Below are positions 56,796-64,000 of a stretch of 64,000 nt of DNA, one piece after another. Below the pieces are notes generated by a model, which did no database searches, was not told where the DNA came from, and saw nothing but the letters and a program-made list of their open reading frames with translations. The stretch lies in the NCBI GenBank assembly GCA_964540825.1, contig CAZINT010000001.1, forward strand, positions 284,565 through 348,564, written 5' to 3'. Numbering within the stretch: position 1 is the first letter of the stretch; each line of letters opens with the position of its first letter. Source of the stretch: an uncultured Gammaproteobacteria bacterium. GTDB taxonomy: Bacteria; Patescibacteriota; Patescibacteriia; Magasanikbacterales; GWA2-37-8. The position numbers and the translations under genes were made by a program.

Positions 56796-56873
56796 GGCTT
56801 GACTAACAATAGGGTTTTTGGTATACTAAGCCCACTTTTACACTTAGCATTATTATACATCTAAAGACTTCGT

Positions 56874-57179
56874 ATGCTCGCAGTTATTGCTACCGGCGGA
56901 AAACAATATTTGGTTAAGACCGGTGAAATCCTCAAAATTGAAAAATTAGAACTTAATGAAGGCGATACAGCCACCTTTGAACAAGTGCTTTTGACCGCTG
57001 ATGATGCGGGTGAAAACGTACAGGTAGGCGCTCCGTATCTTTCAGGTGTTACGGTTACGGCCAAGGTTTTGAAACAAGGCAAGAGCCGCACTGTCCGTGT
57101 TGGTAAGTTCAAAAACAAAACTCGCTACCACAAAGCACATGGTCATCGCCAGCGCTTTACTCAGGTAGAGATTCAATAA
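56874..57179 (+). CDS. rplU: 50S ribosomal protein L21
   Basis: MLAVIATGGKQYLVKTGEILKIEKL...KFKNKTRYHKAHGHRQRFTQVEI. Confidence 0.92.
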   Translation: MLAVIATGGKQYLVKTGEILKIEKLELNEGDTATFEQVLLTADDAGENVQVGAPYLSGVTVTAKVLKQGKSRTVRVGKFKNKTRYHKAHGHRQRFTQVEIQ

Positions 57180-57188
57180 AATTCTTCA

Positions 57189-57221
57189 AAAAATCCTCCG
57201 AAAATATCGGAGGATTTTTTA
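57189..57221 (+). terminator. Rho-independent terminator (ATCCTCCG-AAAATAT-CGGAGGAT followed by TTTTTT)
   Basis: Perfect 8-bp stem with a T-tract directly after rplU. Confidence 0.8.
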
Positions 57222-57292
57222 TTTTTCGTTTTTAATTTCCCGCTCGGGCGGGGTAGGGGTGGGTAAGGTGCACCGTCGCTCACGTGTCATTC

Positions 57293-57316
57293 CCGCGCAG
57301 GCGGGAATCCAGGGTT
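57293..57316. repeat. 24-nt GC-rich palindromic element CCGCGCAGGCGGGAATCCAGGGTT (copy 2)
   Basis: Identical to 15240-15263; here the hairpin ATTCCCGC-GCAG-GCGGGAAT is perfect. Confidence 0.8.
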
Positions 57317-57548
57317 TCTTGCGTGTAGCTTTCTTTTCCACCCATTTTGGCAGCAAAAGGGTGGAGCCTAAAACTGCCGAGCTGATACCTGTTTCGCGGC
57401 CAGTTCGGATTCGTTCTCGCTCAGCTGCCAATGTTCCTGTGCCGGAACTGTGGCATCTGTCCTACCGAACGCTCAAACTCATCTCGAACTGCCTGGCTCA
57501 ACAGGTAAGCGCTCGGGGAGTGGTGAGGCCTGTTAAGTAATTGTTTTA

Positions 57549-58148
57549 TTATCGTTCTGTTCTTCCTTTAAGGGCATTACTGAGGGTAATTTCATCCGCA
57601 TACTGTAAGTCGCTGCCCATGGGGAGGCCGCGGGCGAGGCGGGTGATGCGGGTGCTCGGTTTTAGTTTTTTTATTTCGCGTTCGAGGTAGAGCGTGGTGG
57701 TTTCGCCGGCGAGGTTGGGATTGAGGGCGAAAATTATTTCGGTGATAGATTCATTTTGAACACGCTTGAGAAGTTCAACTATTTTTGTTCGGGCAAGACT
57801 GGTGTCGTCGGTCGTGTCGAGCAGTCCGCGTAAGACGTGATACACACCCTTGTATTCGCTGGTATTTTCTATAGCTTGCAAGTCTTGCGAATCGGTCACG
57901 ACAATAATCGTGGTGTGGTCGCGTTTGGCATTACTGCAAATACTGCACGGGCTGGCGTCACTGAAATCAAAACAAACTTCGCAGCTGCGAACATTTTCAA
58001 TCAGTTCCTTGAGGGCCAGCATGAGTTCGGTAACATCTTTTTTACCGGATTTGAGCCAATAAAAAACATACCGCTCGGCGGTGTGCTGGCCGACCGACGG
58101 TAGTTTTTTGAGTTCAGTAATCAGGTTGTTGATGGAAGGGGAGTACAT
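57549..58148 (-). CDS. recR: Recombination protein RecR
   Basis: HhH motif (LPSVGQHTAERYVFY), C4 zinc finger (CEVC...CSIC) and Toprim domain. Confidence 0.92.
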   Translation of the reverse strand: MYSPSINNLITELKKLPSVGQHTAERYVFYWLKSGKKDVTELMLALKELIENVRSCEVCFDFSDASPCSICSNAKRDHTTIIVVTDSQDLQAIENTSEYKGVYHVLRGLLDTTDDTSLARTKIVELLKRVQNESITEIIFALNPNLAGETTTLYLEREIKKLKPSTRITRLARGLPMGSDLQYADEITLSNALKGRTER

Positions 58149-58157
58149 TGAAGCAAA

Positions 58158-58237
58158 TTAGGCAGAGTAAGTTCTAAGCAGAGTAAGCAAAACGATCGTT
58201 AACTTAATTTGCTTACTTTGCCTACTCTGCTTAGTAC
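58158..58237. repeat. Long imperfect inverted repeat: two direct copies of GCAGAGTAAG followed by their reverse complements
   Basis: Read directly in the ybaB-recR intergenic region. Confidence 0.5.
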
Positions 58238-58244
58238 TATCGGT

Positions 58245-58553
58245 CTACTTTCCCATCCCCGGCAAATCAAATCCCCCCATTTCCTGCATTTTAGTGGCAA
58301 TGGTGCGCTGCATTTTTTTGAGGCCTTCGGCGTGGGCTTCTTTGATGCCGTTTTGGAGTTTTTCTTTCATGCTTGGGTTCAAGAGCTCGTCGTCAATCGC
58401 GAGAGCAGTAATTTCGAGGTTGCCGTTAAGCGAAACAACAACTTTGTCACCAACAGCAGTGGTGGTGACACTTTCCCCGCCAAGGGCTTCCTGCAGTTTT
58501 TTACCCTGATCACGAAGGTCTTTGAATTCTTTGAGTTTCGAGAACATGGACAT
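58245..58553 (-). CDS. ybaB: Nucleoid-associated protein YbaB/EbfC
   Basis: 102 aa with the YbaB family pattern (MQEMGG near the C-terminus). Confidence 0.85.
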   Translation of the reverse strand: MSMFSKLKEFKDLRDQGKKLQEALGGESVTTTAVGDKVVVSLNGNLEITALAIDDELLNPSMKEKLQNGIKEAHAEGLKKMQRTIATKMQEMGGFDLPGMGK

Positions 58554-58586
58554 ATATGTGTAATTAATGGTTAGTAAGTAAGTTTT

Positions 58587-60032
58587 TTAAAATTCCGGGT
58601 CGCCACCTTCTTGTTTCCTAAAAGCTGATTTTGGTTTCAACTCTTGTACCATATTTGTCTGCGGAACGAAACTGGTATCAAGATTGCGAAACGACGCCAT
58701 CGCGTCTACAAACGCCATCTTCACGACGCCGGTCGGACCGTTACGATGTTTGGCAATATGGATTTCGGCGAGGTTGCGCTCGTCGGGCGGAATTTCTTCC
58801 GGGCGGTAGTTACGATCAGCAGATTTGCGGTAGATAAACATGACGATATCCGCATCCTGCTCAATAGAACCTGATTCACGCAGGTGCGAAAGCTTCGGGA
58901 TGGCCGGTTTACTCTGTTCCACGGTACGTGAGAGCTGCGAGAGGGCGATAACCGGTACATTCAGCTCACGAGCGATACTTTTAAGCCCGCGCGTGATTTC
59001 GGCAACTTCTTGTACACGGTTCTCAATATTACCGCGTGATTGCATGAGCTGCAAGTAGTCGATAACAATAAGTCCAAGACCATGTTCCGCCTGTAAGCGC
59101 CGGGCTTTGGTGCGAATTTGCATGATGTTCACATCAGCCGAGTCATCGATAAAAATCGGCGCTTCAGACAAAGTACCAATAGCATGACCGATGCGCGGGA
59201 AATCATCGTCTTCAGGTCGGTCGGAGAGGTGGCCGGTACGCAATTTCCACAGGTCGATGTTAGCTTCGGAACAGAGCATTTTATCTACCATCTGTTCTTT
59301 ACTCATTTCCAGCGAGAAAAGACCGACGGGTACTTTTTGCTTGGTGCCGATATGGCGAACGATATCAAGGGCGAGTGAAGATTTTCCCACACTCGGGCGA
59401 GCAGCGATAATAATAAGATCCGATTTTTGAAGACCGGCCATGAGATTATCGAGACCCGTAAAACCGGTCGGTACGCCCCGCAACTGCCCTTTATTTTTGT
59501 GGAGTTCGTCGATACGGTCAAAAGCATCGGCTAGAACACCACGAATCGGAGTGAAGGCTTGTTTAAAATAAATTTGTGAAACACCGAACAGATGCTGCTG
59601 GGCCTGGTCGAGTAATTGTTCGATATCTTCTTCATCTTCTTGGAACGAAAGGCGGGTAATTTCTTGTGAAGCGGCCAAAAGGCGGCGGCGCGTAGCCTTT
59701 TTATGAATAATATGGGCGTAATGAACAATGTTCGAAGCGGTCGGTACGGCGTTTGTCAGTGCTGCTAAATAACTGCGGCCGCCGATACGTTCCAGATCAC
59801 CCTTTTCTTCGAGACGGTTACTGAGTGTCAAAAGATCGAGCGGTTCATTTTTGTCGTAGAGTTCAATAATGCATTCAAAAATGCGGCTATGCGCGTCTTT
59901 GTAGAAATCTTCAGCCCGAACCACATCGGCAATTTTAAGCATCGCATCTTTATCAATCAAAACAGCACCGAGAAGGGACATCTCGGCTTCGAGGCTTTGA
60001 GGAGGTATGCGGTCAACGTTATCGGGTGGCAT
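58587..60032 (-). CDS. dnaB: Replicative DNA helicase DnaB
   Basis: N-terminal DnaB domain (PPQSLEAEMSLLGAVL), Walker A ARPSVGKSS and RecA-like motifs. Confidence 0.96.
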   Translation of the reverse strand: MPPDNVDRIPPQSLEAEMSLLGAVLIDKDAMLKIADVVRAEDFYKDAHSRIFECIIELYDKNEPLDLLTLSNRLEEKGDLERIGGRSYLAALTNAVPTASNIVHYAHIIHKKATRRRLLAASQEITRLSFQEDEEDIEQLLDQAQQHLFGVSQIYFKQAFTPIRGVLADAFDRIDELHKNKGQLRGVPTGFTGLDNLMAGLQKSDLIIIAARPSVGKSSLALDIVRHIGTKQKVPVGLFSLEMSKEQMVDKMLCSEANIDLWKLRTGHLSDRPEDDDFPRIGHAIGTLSEAPIFIDDSADVNIMQIRTKARRLQAEHGLGLIVIDYLQLMQSRGNIENRVQEVAEITRGLKSIARELNVPVIALSQLSRTVEQSKPAIPKLSHLRESGSIEQDADIVMFIYRKSADRNYRPEEIPPDERNLAEIHIAKHRNGPTGVVKMAFVDAMASFRNLDTSFVPQTNMVQELKPKSAFRKQEGGDPEF

Positions 60033-60157
60033 GAGGATTAAAATGAGTGTCCTTATGGTAACGTACTTTGGGGTTACCCGGCAAGTATAGGGTGGGGAAG
60101 GAATGGGGGTAAGTCGGTGGATGATAAAGGATTAAAGATGCTATACTCATAGATACT

Positions 60158-62314
60158 ATGAAAAGACCTGTTTTTGCGGTTTTTGGAGCCAGCCTTATTT
60201 TTTTAGGAGTCTCGTGGAGCGGGGTGCATTTTTTTGGGCTCGGTTTACTCGGGCTCGTACTCTATTTTTTGAGTACTGGTGAGTGGGCGTATGCTTGGTT
60301 GCAGTGCTTTTTTAGTTTTTCACACACACTAACGCAAAAGGTTGTGGGCGCATGGATCAGCTTTATGAGTGTTGCGGCTTTGTCGGGCCTCGCCGTACTT
60401 GCGGATATTTTTTCACCACTGTTGGCTGTTATAATTTTAGGGGTGAATGGTCTTGTCTGGTTATGGCTCGGAGCTTTTAAGATGCCTGAACAAAAAGTTG
60501 ATGAGCGAGTTTCGGTAGAACATTCGCATGGTTTTTTTAGTGCAACAGCATCACGAATTATTTTGGTGCTGTACGGGGTGTTTGCGCTCTTTGCCCTGGG
60601 CTTACTCGTTATTTCAAAGAGTAGCGGGGTTATTACCACGCCGTGGCAAACTATTCACCCAGCTTTTATTTATGTCTTTTCCGCAGCGACGTTTCTTCTT
60701 GTCTTGCTTATTTTCTCTAAGTTTACAAGCCGTTTAGTATTGATTGTTTTTGTTTTCCATAGTCTACTAATTCATAGCTATATTCCACTGACGCATTCGC
60801 TGCTCTATGGCGCGGATGGTTGGAGGCACATGGCTACCGAAGAGAGATTGATTCGGGGGGAGGGAACCGTTGTGCCAGCTATCAGTGATGGCGCGAGTAG
60901 TCCAAAGCATAAAATTGATCTTGGGCTTGTATCGTATAGTCAAATGTGGGGAGTAAGTGCGCTTGTCGGCAGCGTTACGGCAGTTTCATTGCTTGATATT
61001 AATCGTTGGTTGCTGCCGATATTGTTTGGAATTGTCGTCCCGCTACTTATATATGAACTGGCTCAAATATTGAGCTGGAAACGAGAATGGCCTTTTGTTG
61101 CGGTGCTGCTTAGTTTTTTACCATTTGCTTTAACGAGCACGGGATCATTTACTTTGCCGGTTAGTTTTGGATTTTTAGTCTGTTTATTATTTATAACGTT
61201 GCTCGTCAAAAGGTTGGTAATGCCCGAGCGCAAACAGCTTTTTCCCATCGGTCTTTTATTTGCCGTGCTCTGTGCTGGGTATGCGCTCTACGCTTTAGTC
61301 GGAGCCTTTGCTTTTATGGTGTCCGAACTTTTTTTACAACTGCGCCGTAAAAATATTCAAACAGTATCCGGCTTTTCTGCGGTTGTGGTAGTAGGGAGTA
61401 TTGGCATACTTGGTATTTTTCCTGCTTTAGAATATTTTGCCCGGTACAGTTCGCTGGTGCCGCGCATGCTGTGGTTGGCTCAGGCTCAGCAAGCAATTGG
61501 TAATTTTAGTGCAGTGTATTTGGCAGCGGGGCCAAGGCCACACGATATTACAGCTGGTAATATACTTTTTAATCAGGTGCCCCTCGCTAGTTTCGTGCCA
61601 AATCTTTTTACGTTGAATCGTTGGTGGCTGGTAGGGCTCGCGGTAGCATGGTGGGCTCTTTGCTGTCTGGGTTGGTATGCGCTCATTAAAAAAAGAACTG
61701 CCGTATCAGGCTGGTTTCTGACGCTAGGGGTCGGAATATTTGGAGCGTATGGTGTGAGCCGTTATTTTTTTCAAGGCGAGCAAGTGTTAACGCGTCGGCT
61801 TGAACCGATTTTGGCGCTGATCAGTATTTTTTTGGTTGTTGTTGCCCTGAAGTATGTTGCCCGACGATTTGCTTTTGTGCCCAAGAAATCGGTAATACTC
61901 GGAGGTTGTTTGCTGGTAAGTATTGCTATCAGTACTTCTTTTACGCTGGGGCCAGATACGCTGACGGTAAGCCAGAGTGAGTATATTGCCATGCAGCAAG
62001 TCCTGCGCGTAGGCGGTGTTAGGAAGCCATGTGTGATAGCGGCGACGTACCCGCTCCTTGCGCTTGAAGCATTGAGCCGTAAAACGATCATTGGCGGAGG
62101 CTTCCCGATTTCACATGACTTTGAACAGCCCGAGCAACAAAAAATATATGCCTCGCTGGCGGCCGATCCGAATGACAGAGCAGTGCTTGATCAGGCTTTT
62201 AAAATAACAGGCGCAGAAAAATGTTTTTTAGTCGCTCCTTTTGATTCTAGAAAAGTAACACCGCAGTTTCAGGCAGCTTTTGGCGGTGTTGGCGTGTGGC
62301 AATATACAAAATAG
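60158..62314 (+). CDS. Large polytopic membrane protein (about 16 TM) with a C-terminal soluble domain, hypothetical (possible GT-C/YfhO-like)
   Basis: 718-aa hydrophobic ORF; family assignment is speculative. Confidence 0.45.
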   Translation: MKRPVFAVFGASLIFLGVSWSGVHFFGLGLLGLVLYFLSTGEWAYAWLQCFFSFSHTLTQKVVGAWISFMSVAALSGLAVLADIFSPLLAVIILGVNGLVWLWLGAFKMPEQKVDERVSVEHSHGFFSATASRIILVLYGVFALFALGLLVISKSSGVITTPWQTIHPAFIYVFSAATFLLVLLIFSKFTSRLVLIVFVFHSLLIHSYIPLTHSLLYGADGWRHMATEERLIRGEGTVVPAISDGASSPKHKIDLGLVSYSQMWGVSALVGSVTAVSLLDINRWLLPILFGIVVPLLIYELAQILSWKREWPFVAVLLSFLPFALTSTGSFTLPVSFGFLVCLLFITLLVKRLVMPERKQLFPIGLLFAVLCAGYALYALVGAFAFMVSELFLQLRRKNIQTVSGFSAVVVVGSIGILGIFPALEYFARYSSLVPRMLWLAQAQQAIGNFSAVYLAAGPRPHDITAGNILFNQVPLASFVPNLFTLNRWWLVGLAVAWWALCCLGWYALIKKRTAVSGWFLTLGVGIFGAYGVSRYFFQGEQVLTRRLEPILALISIFLVVVALKYVARRFAFVPKKSVILGGCLLVSIAISTSFTLGPDTLTVSQSEYIAMQQVLRVGGVRKPCVIAATYPLLALEALSRKTIIGGGFPISHDFEQPEQQKIYASLAADPNDRAVLDQAFKITGAEKCFLVAPFDSRKVTPQFQAAFGGVGVWQYTK

Positions 62315-62335
62315 TTTTTTATTTTAATAAGTAGT

Positions 62336-62737
62336 ATGAACTGTATTTTTTGCAAAATTATTGCCAAAGAAGTTCCAAATTACACAGTGTATGAAGATGA
62401 ATTCGTGCTTGCTTTTTTAGATGTTTTTCCGCATGCCAAGGGGCACACTGTTGTAGTGCCAAAAAAACATGTCGGAAGCTTGGTTGACTTAACAGCCGAA
62501 GAATCACGTAAGCTTATGGCTGGACTTGATAGTGCTTTTCGCCGGGTGAACACAATCTTAAAGCCCGATGGAGTAAATATTGGCATTAATGAACGCGCTG
62601 CTGCCGGCCAGGTCGTTCCGCATATCCATTGGCATATTTTACCTCGTTACGAGGGTGATGGGGGAGGTTCGGTACATTCAATTATTAAAAACCCCGGTGA
62701 CATCGATGTTAAGGAGCTTGCCAAGTTATTTATCTAA
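62336..62737 (+). CDS. HIT-family (histidine triad) nucleotide hydrolase
   Basis: CIFCKII... and the histidine triad HIHWHILPR. Confidence 0.88.
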   Translation: MNCIFCKIIAKEVPNYTVYEDEFVLAFLDVFPHAKGHTVVVPKKHVGSLVDLTAEESRKLMAGLDSAFRRVNTILKPDGVNIGINERAAAGQVVPHIHWHILPRYEGDGGGSVHSIIKNPGDIDVKELAKLFI

Positions 62738-62750
62738 TTTGTTGGGCTTT

Positions 62751-63041
62751 ATGAATGTTGTTAATCGAAAAAAGGTGTTCAAATTTTCTCAGGTTCTTGG
62801 TGTTTTCGTTGTGTTTTTTATGTTTGCTACATTTTTGCCAATTAATTTTATTCCGGTATTAAAAAATATTCCCTGGCTCAATACCGGCTGCTCTACTTTT
62901 TGGTTTGGTATCTGGAAAGTATGTCGTGTGCAATCTATAGCGTTTATCGTGAGCGGATTATTTTTTGTGATTCAATGTTTAATTACAGGTCTTGTACTTA
63001 TGAGTCCCGAAGAACGGGCTGAAGCTAATCGTAATCTCTAA
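62751..63041 (+). CDS. Small three-TM membrane protein, hypothetical
   Basis: The internal ATG at 62751 avoids overlap with the HIT gene (ORF track starts at 62580). Confidence 0.35.
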   Translation: MNVVNRKKVFKFSQVLGVFVVFFMFATFLPINFIPVLKNIPWLNTGCSTFWFGIWKVCRVQSIAFIVSGLFFVIQCLITGLVLMSPEERAEANRNL

Positions 63042-63050
63042 GTAATTTTT

Positions 63051-63635
63051 GTGAAAAATATTTTAAATTCTAAGAAATCTGTTTGGGTGGTGATTAACGC
63101 AATTGTCTTTATTGTTTTGTCAGCTATTTTGTATTACAAACAGCATACTTTTGTGGCTACACCAGCCATTCCTCGCGTTATTGCGCCTGACGATGTAGAC
63201 GTGCAGCCGGTAACAAGTCAAACAGTCGATAGCACCACTACTACGCTCGCTACCATTACGCGAGTTATCGATGGAGATACTGTTGAGCTTTCAACAGGCC
63301 AGCGTGTACGCTATATAGGCGTAGATACACCCGAAACTGTCGATCCGCGAAAAGGAGTGCAATGCTTTGGTAAAGAAGCTTCGGCATATAATAAAAGCCT
63401 GGTGTTAGGCCAAAAAGTACGTCTCTCAAAGGATGTTTCAGATATGGATCGGTATCATCGATTGCTGCGCTATGTTTATTTAGAAGATGGCACATTGCTT
63501 AATTTAAAATTAGTGGAAGAGGGGTATGCCCTTGCCGCAACATTTCCACCCGACGTAAAATATAGCAAGGTGTTTGTGGCCGCCGAAGCCAAGGCACGGG
63601 AGGCAAAGAAGGGTCTTTGGGGAAAATGCAATTAA
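63051..63635 (+). CDS. Membrane-anchored thermonuclease (SNase/micrococcal-nuclease-like)
   Basis: N-terminal TM and SNase motifs (VIDGDTVEL...VRYIGVDTPE...RLLRYVY). Confidence 0.82.
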   Translation: MKNILNSKKSVWVVINAIVFIVLSAILYYKQHTFVATPAIPRVIAPDDVDVQPVTSQTVDSTTTTLATITRVIDGDTVELSTGQRVRYIGVDTPETVDPRKGVQCFGKEASAYNKSLVLGQKVRLSKDVSDMDRYHRLLRYVYLEDGTLLNLKLVEEGYALAATFPPDVKYSKVFVAAEAKAREAKKGLWGKCN

Positions 63636-63650
63636 GTATTTTTAAAGTAT

Positions 63651-64000
63651 ATGGAACGAGTTTTGCCGCAAGAATTTTCAGAAAACGCAATAGAAGTTTC
63701 ACCCAGTATTGATGCGTCGTATTTTTTGGTTTTAAAAGCACTCATAAGCGCACTTGACCGCAAGATGTCGCTGCCACTTGTTGTCGAAGTAGTTGCAAAA
63801 GGGGTGGCAGCGGAATCTCAAACGGGCGAACTTGTGCTTGACGCTCTAGAAAATCGTTTACAAATTAAAATTGGTAAAAATATTTATTTGGTGCAAGAGG
63901 CGCTGAAGGAAAAAAGTATTTCATTAACACCTGAAAGTTTAGGGAAGCTCAAGGCATATCTTGAAGCACTTGCCCGCGAGCCGCGCTACACCTCACCGCC
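63651..64000 (+). CDS. Hypothetical protein, 3'-truncated by the window edge
   Basis: Open frame runs to the end of the window. Confidence 0.35.
   Translation, partial: MERVLPQEFSENAIEVSPSIDASYFLVLKALISALDRKMSLPLVVEVVAKGVAAESQTGELVLDALENRLQIKIGKNIYLVQEALKEKSISLTPESLGKLKAYLEALAREPRYTSP

Noticed and set aside
57259-57540. 93-aa ORF (VIPAQAGIQ...) and minus-strand 70-aa ORF (WIPACAGMT...) after rplU
   Set aside because: These peptides are literal translations of the palindromic repeat element, which matches the pattern of spurious hypothetical proteins. The region is treated as non-coding repeat-bearing sequence.
1-64000. CRISPR arrays, rRNA and tRNA genes
   Set aside because: No regularly spaced direct repeats with unique spacers, no rRNA-like conserved blocks, and no convincing cloverleaf with T-arm GTTCGAATC-type motifs were seen in intergenic regions. 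tRNAs cannot be fully excluded without tRNAscan.

Overview
The window appears to come from a small, gene-dense bacterial genome of moderate-to-low GC (about 42-48% in most genes). Gene content and packing resemble a Patescibacteria/CPR-like genome (Saccharibacteria-type); this placement is an inference and has not been tested. No rRNA, tRNA or CRISPR array was recognisable. Housekeeping genes are read with confidence: a MacB-type ABC permease/ATPase pair, tag, trhO, yidC, an expanded heat-shock cluster (hrcA-grpE-hsp20-dnaK-dnaJ), rnhA, murA, a CtpA-type S41 protease, era, rplI, pyrG, recJ, lepA, murJ, a residual dcw cluster (mraZ-rsmH-ftsL-like-MraY/WecA-like), rplU, recR, ybaB, dnaB, a HIT protein and a thermonuclease. 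Accessory content includes: (i) a block of small stress/detoxification-type proteins at 3.6-7.2 kb (Tag, DUF1801 x2, SRPBCC/AHSA1 x2, VOC/glyoxalase x2); (ii) a roughly 9 kb surface-glycan locus at 32-41 kb (WbaP-like sugar phosphotransferase, S8 subtilase, epimerase/dehydratase, GT2, DUF2304, GT4, methyltransferase, an orphan GT4 N-domain protein and a thioredoxin-like protein); (iii) a 710-aa secreted protein built of five tandem FN3-like repeats of about 105 aa, each carrying a CxxC pair; (iv) several high-GC islands (about 58-65% GC) embedded in the lower-GC background. These islands are a proline-rich protein, a GC-rich structured region upstream of hrcA, a YhhQ queuosine-precursor transporter inside the heat-shock operon, two lipoprotein genes next to an ECF sigma/anti-sigma pair, a possible IS5-type transposase remnant, and a repeat-containing region where rpmA would be expected after rplU. 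Two of these islands share an identical 24-nt palindromic element. Regulatory signals read directly include a CIRCE-like HrcA operator overlapping a near-consensus sigma-70 promoter upstream of hrcA, four further near-consensus TTGACA-17-TATAAT/TATACT/TAAAAT promoters (two with the -35 hexamer inside a terminator hairpin), and about ten rho-independent terminators. No complete known defence system (CRISPR, restriction-modification, toxin-antitoxin) was recognised. The most notable uncharacterised candidates are the three unknown genes between dnaK and dnaJ, the coiled-coil pair at 8.7-10.2 kb, and the divergent unknown pair at 49.8-51.8 kb.
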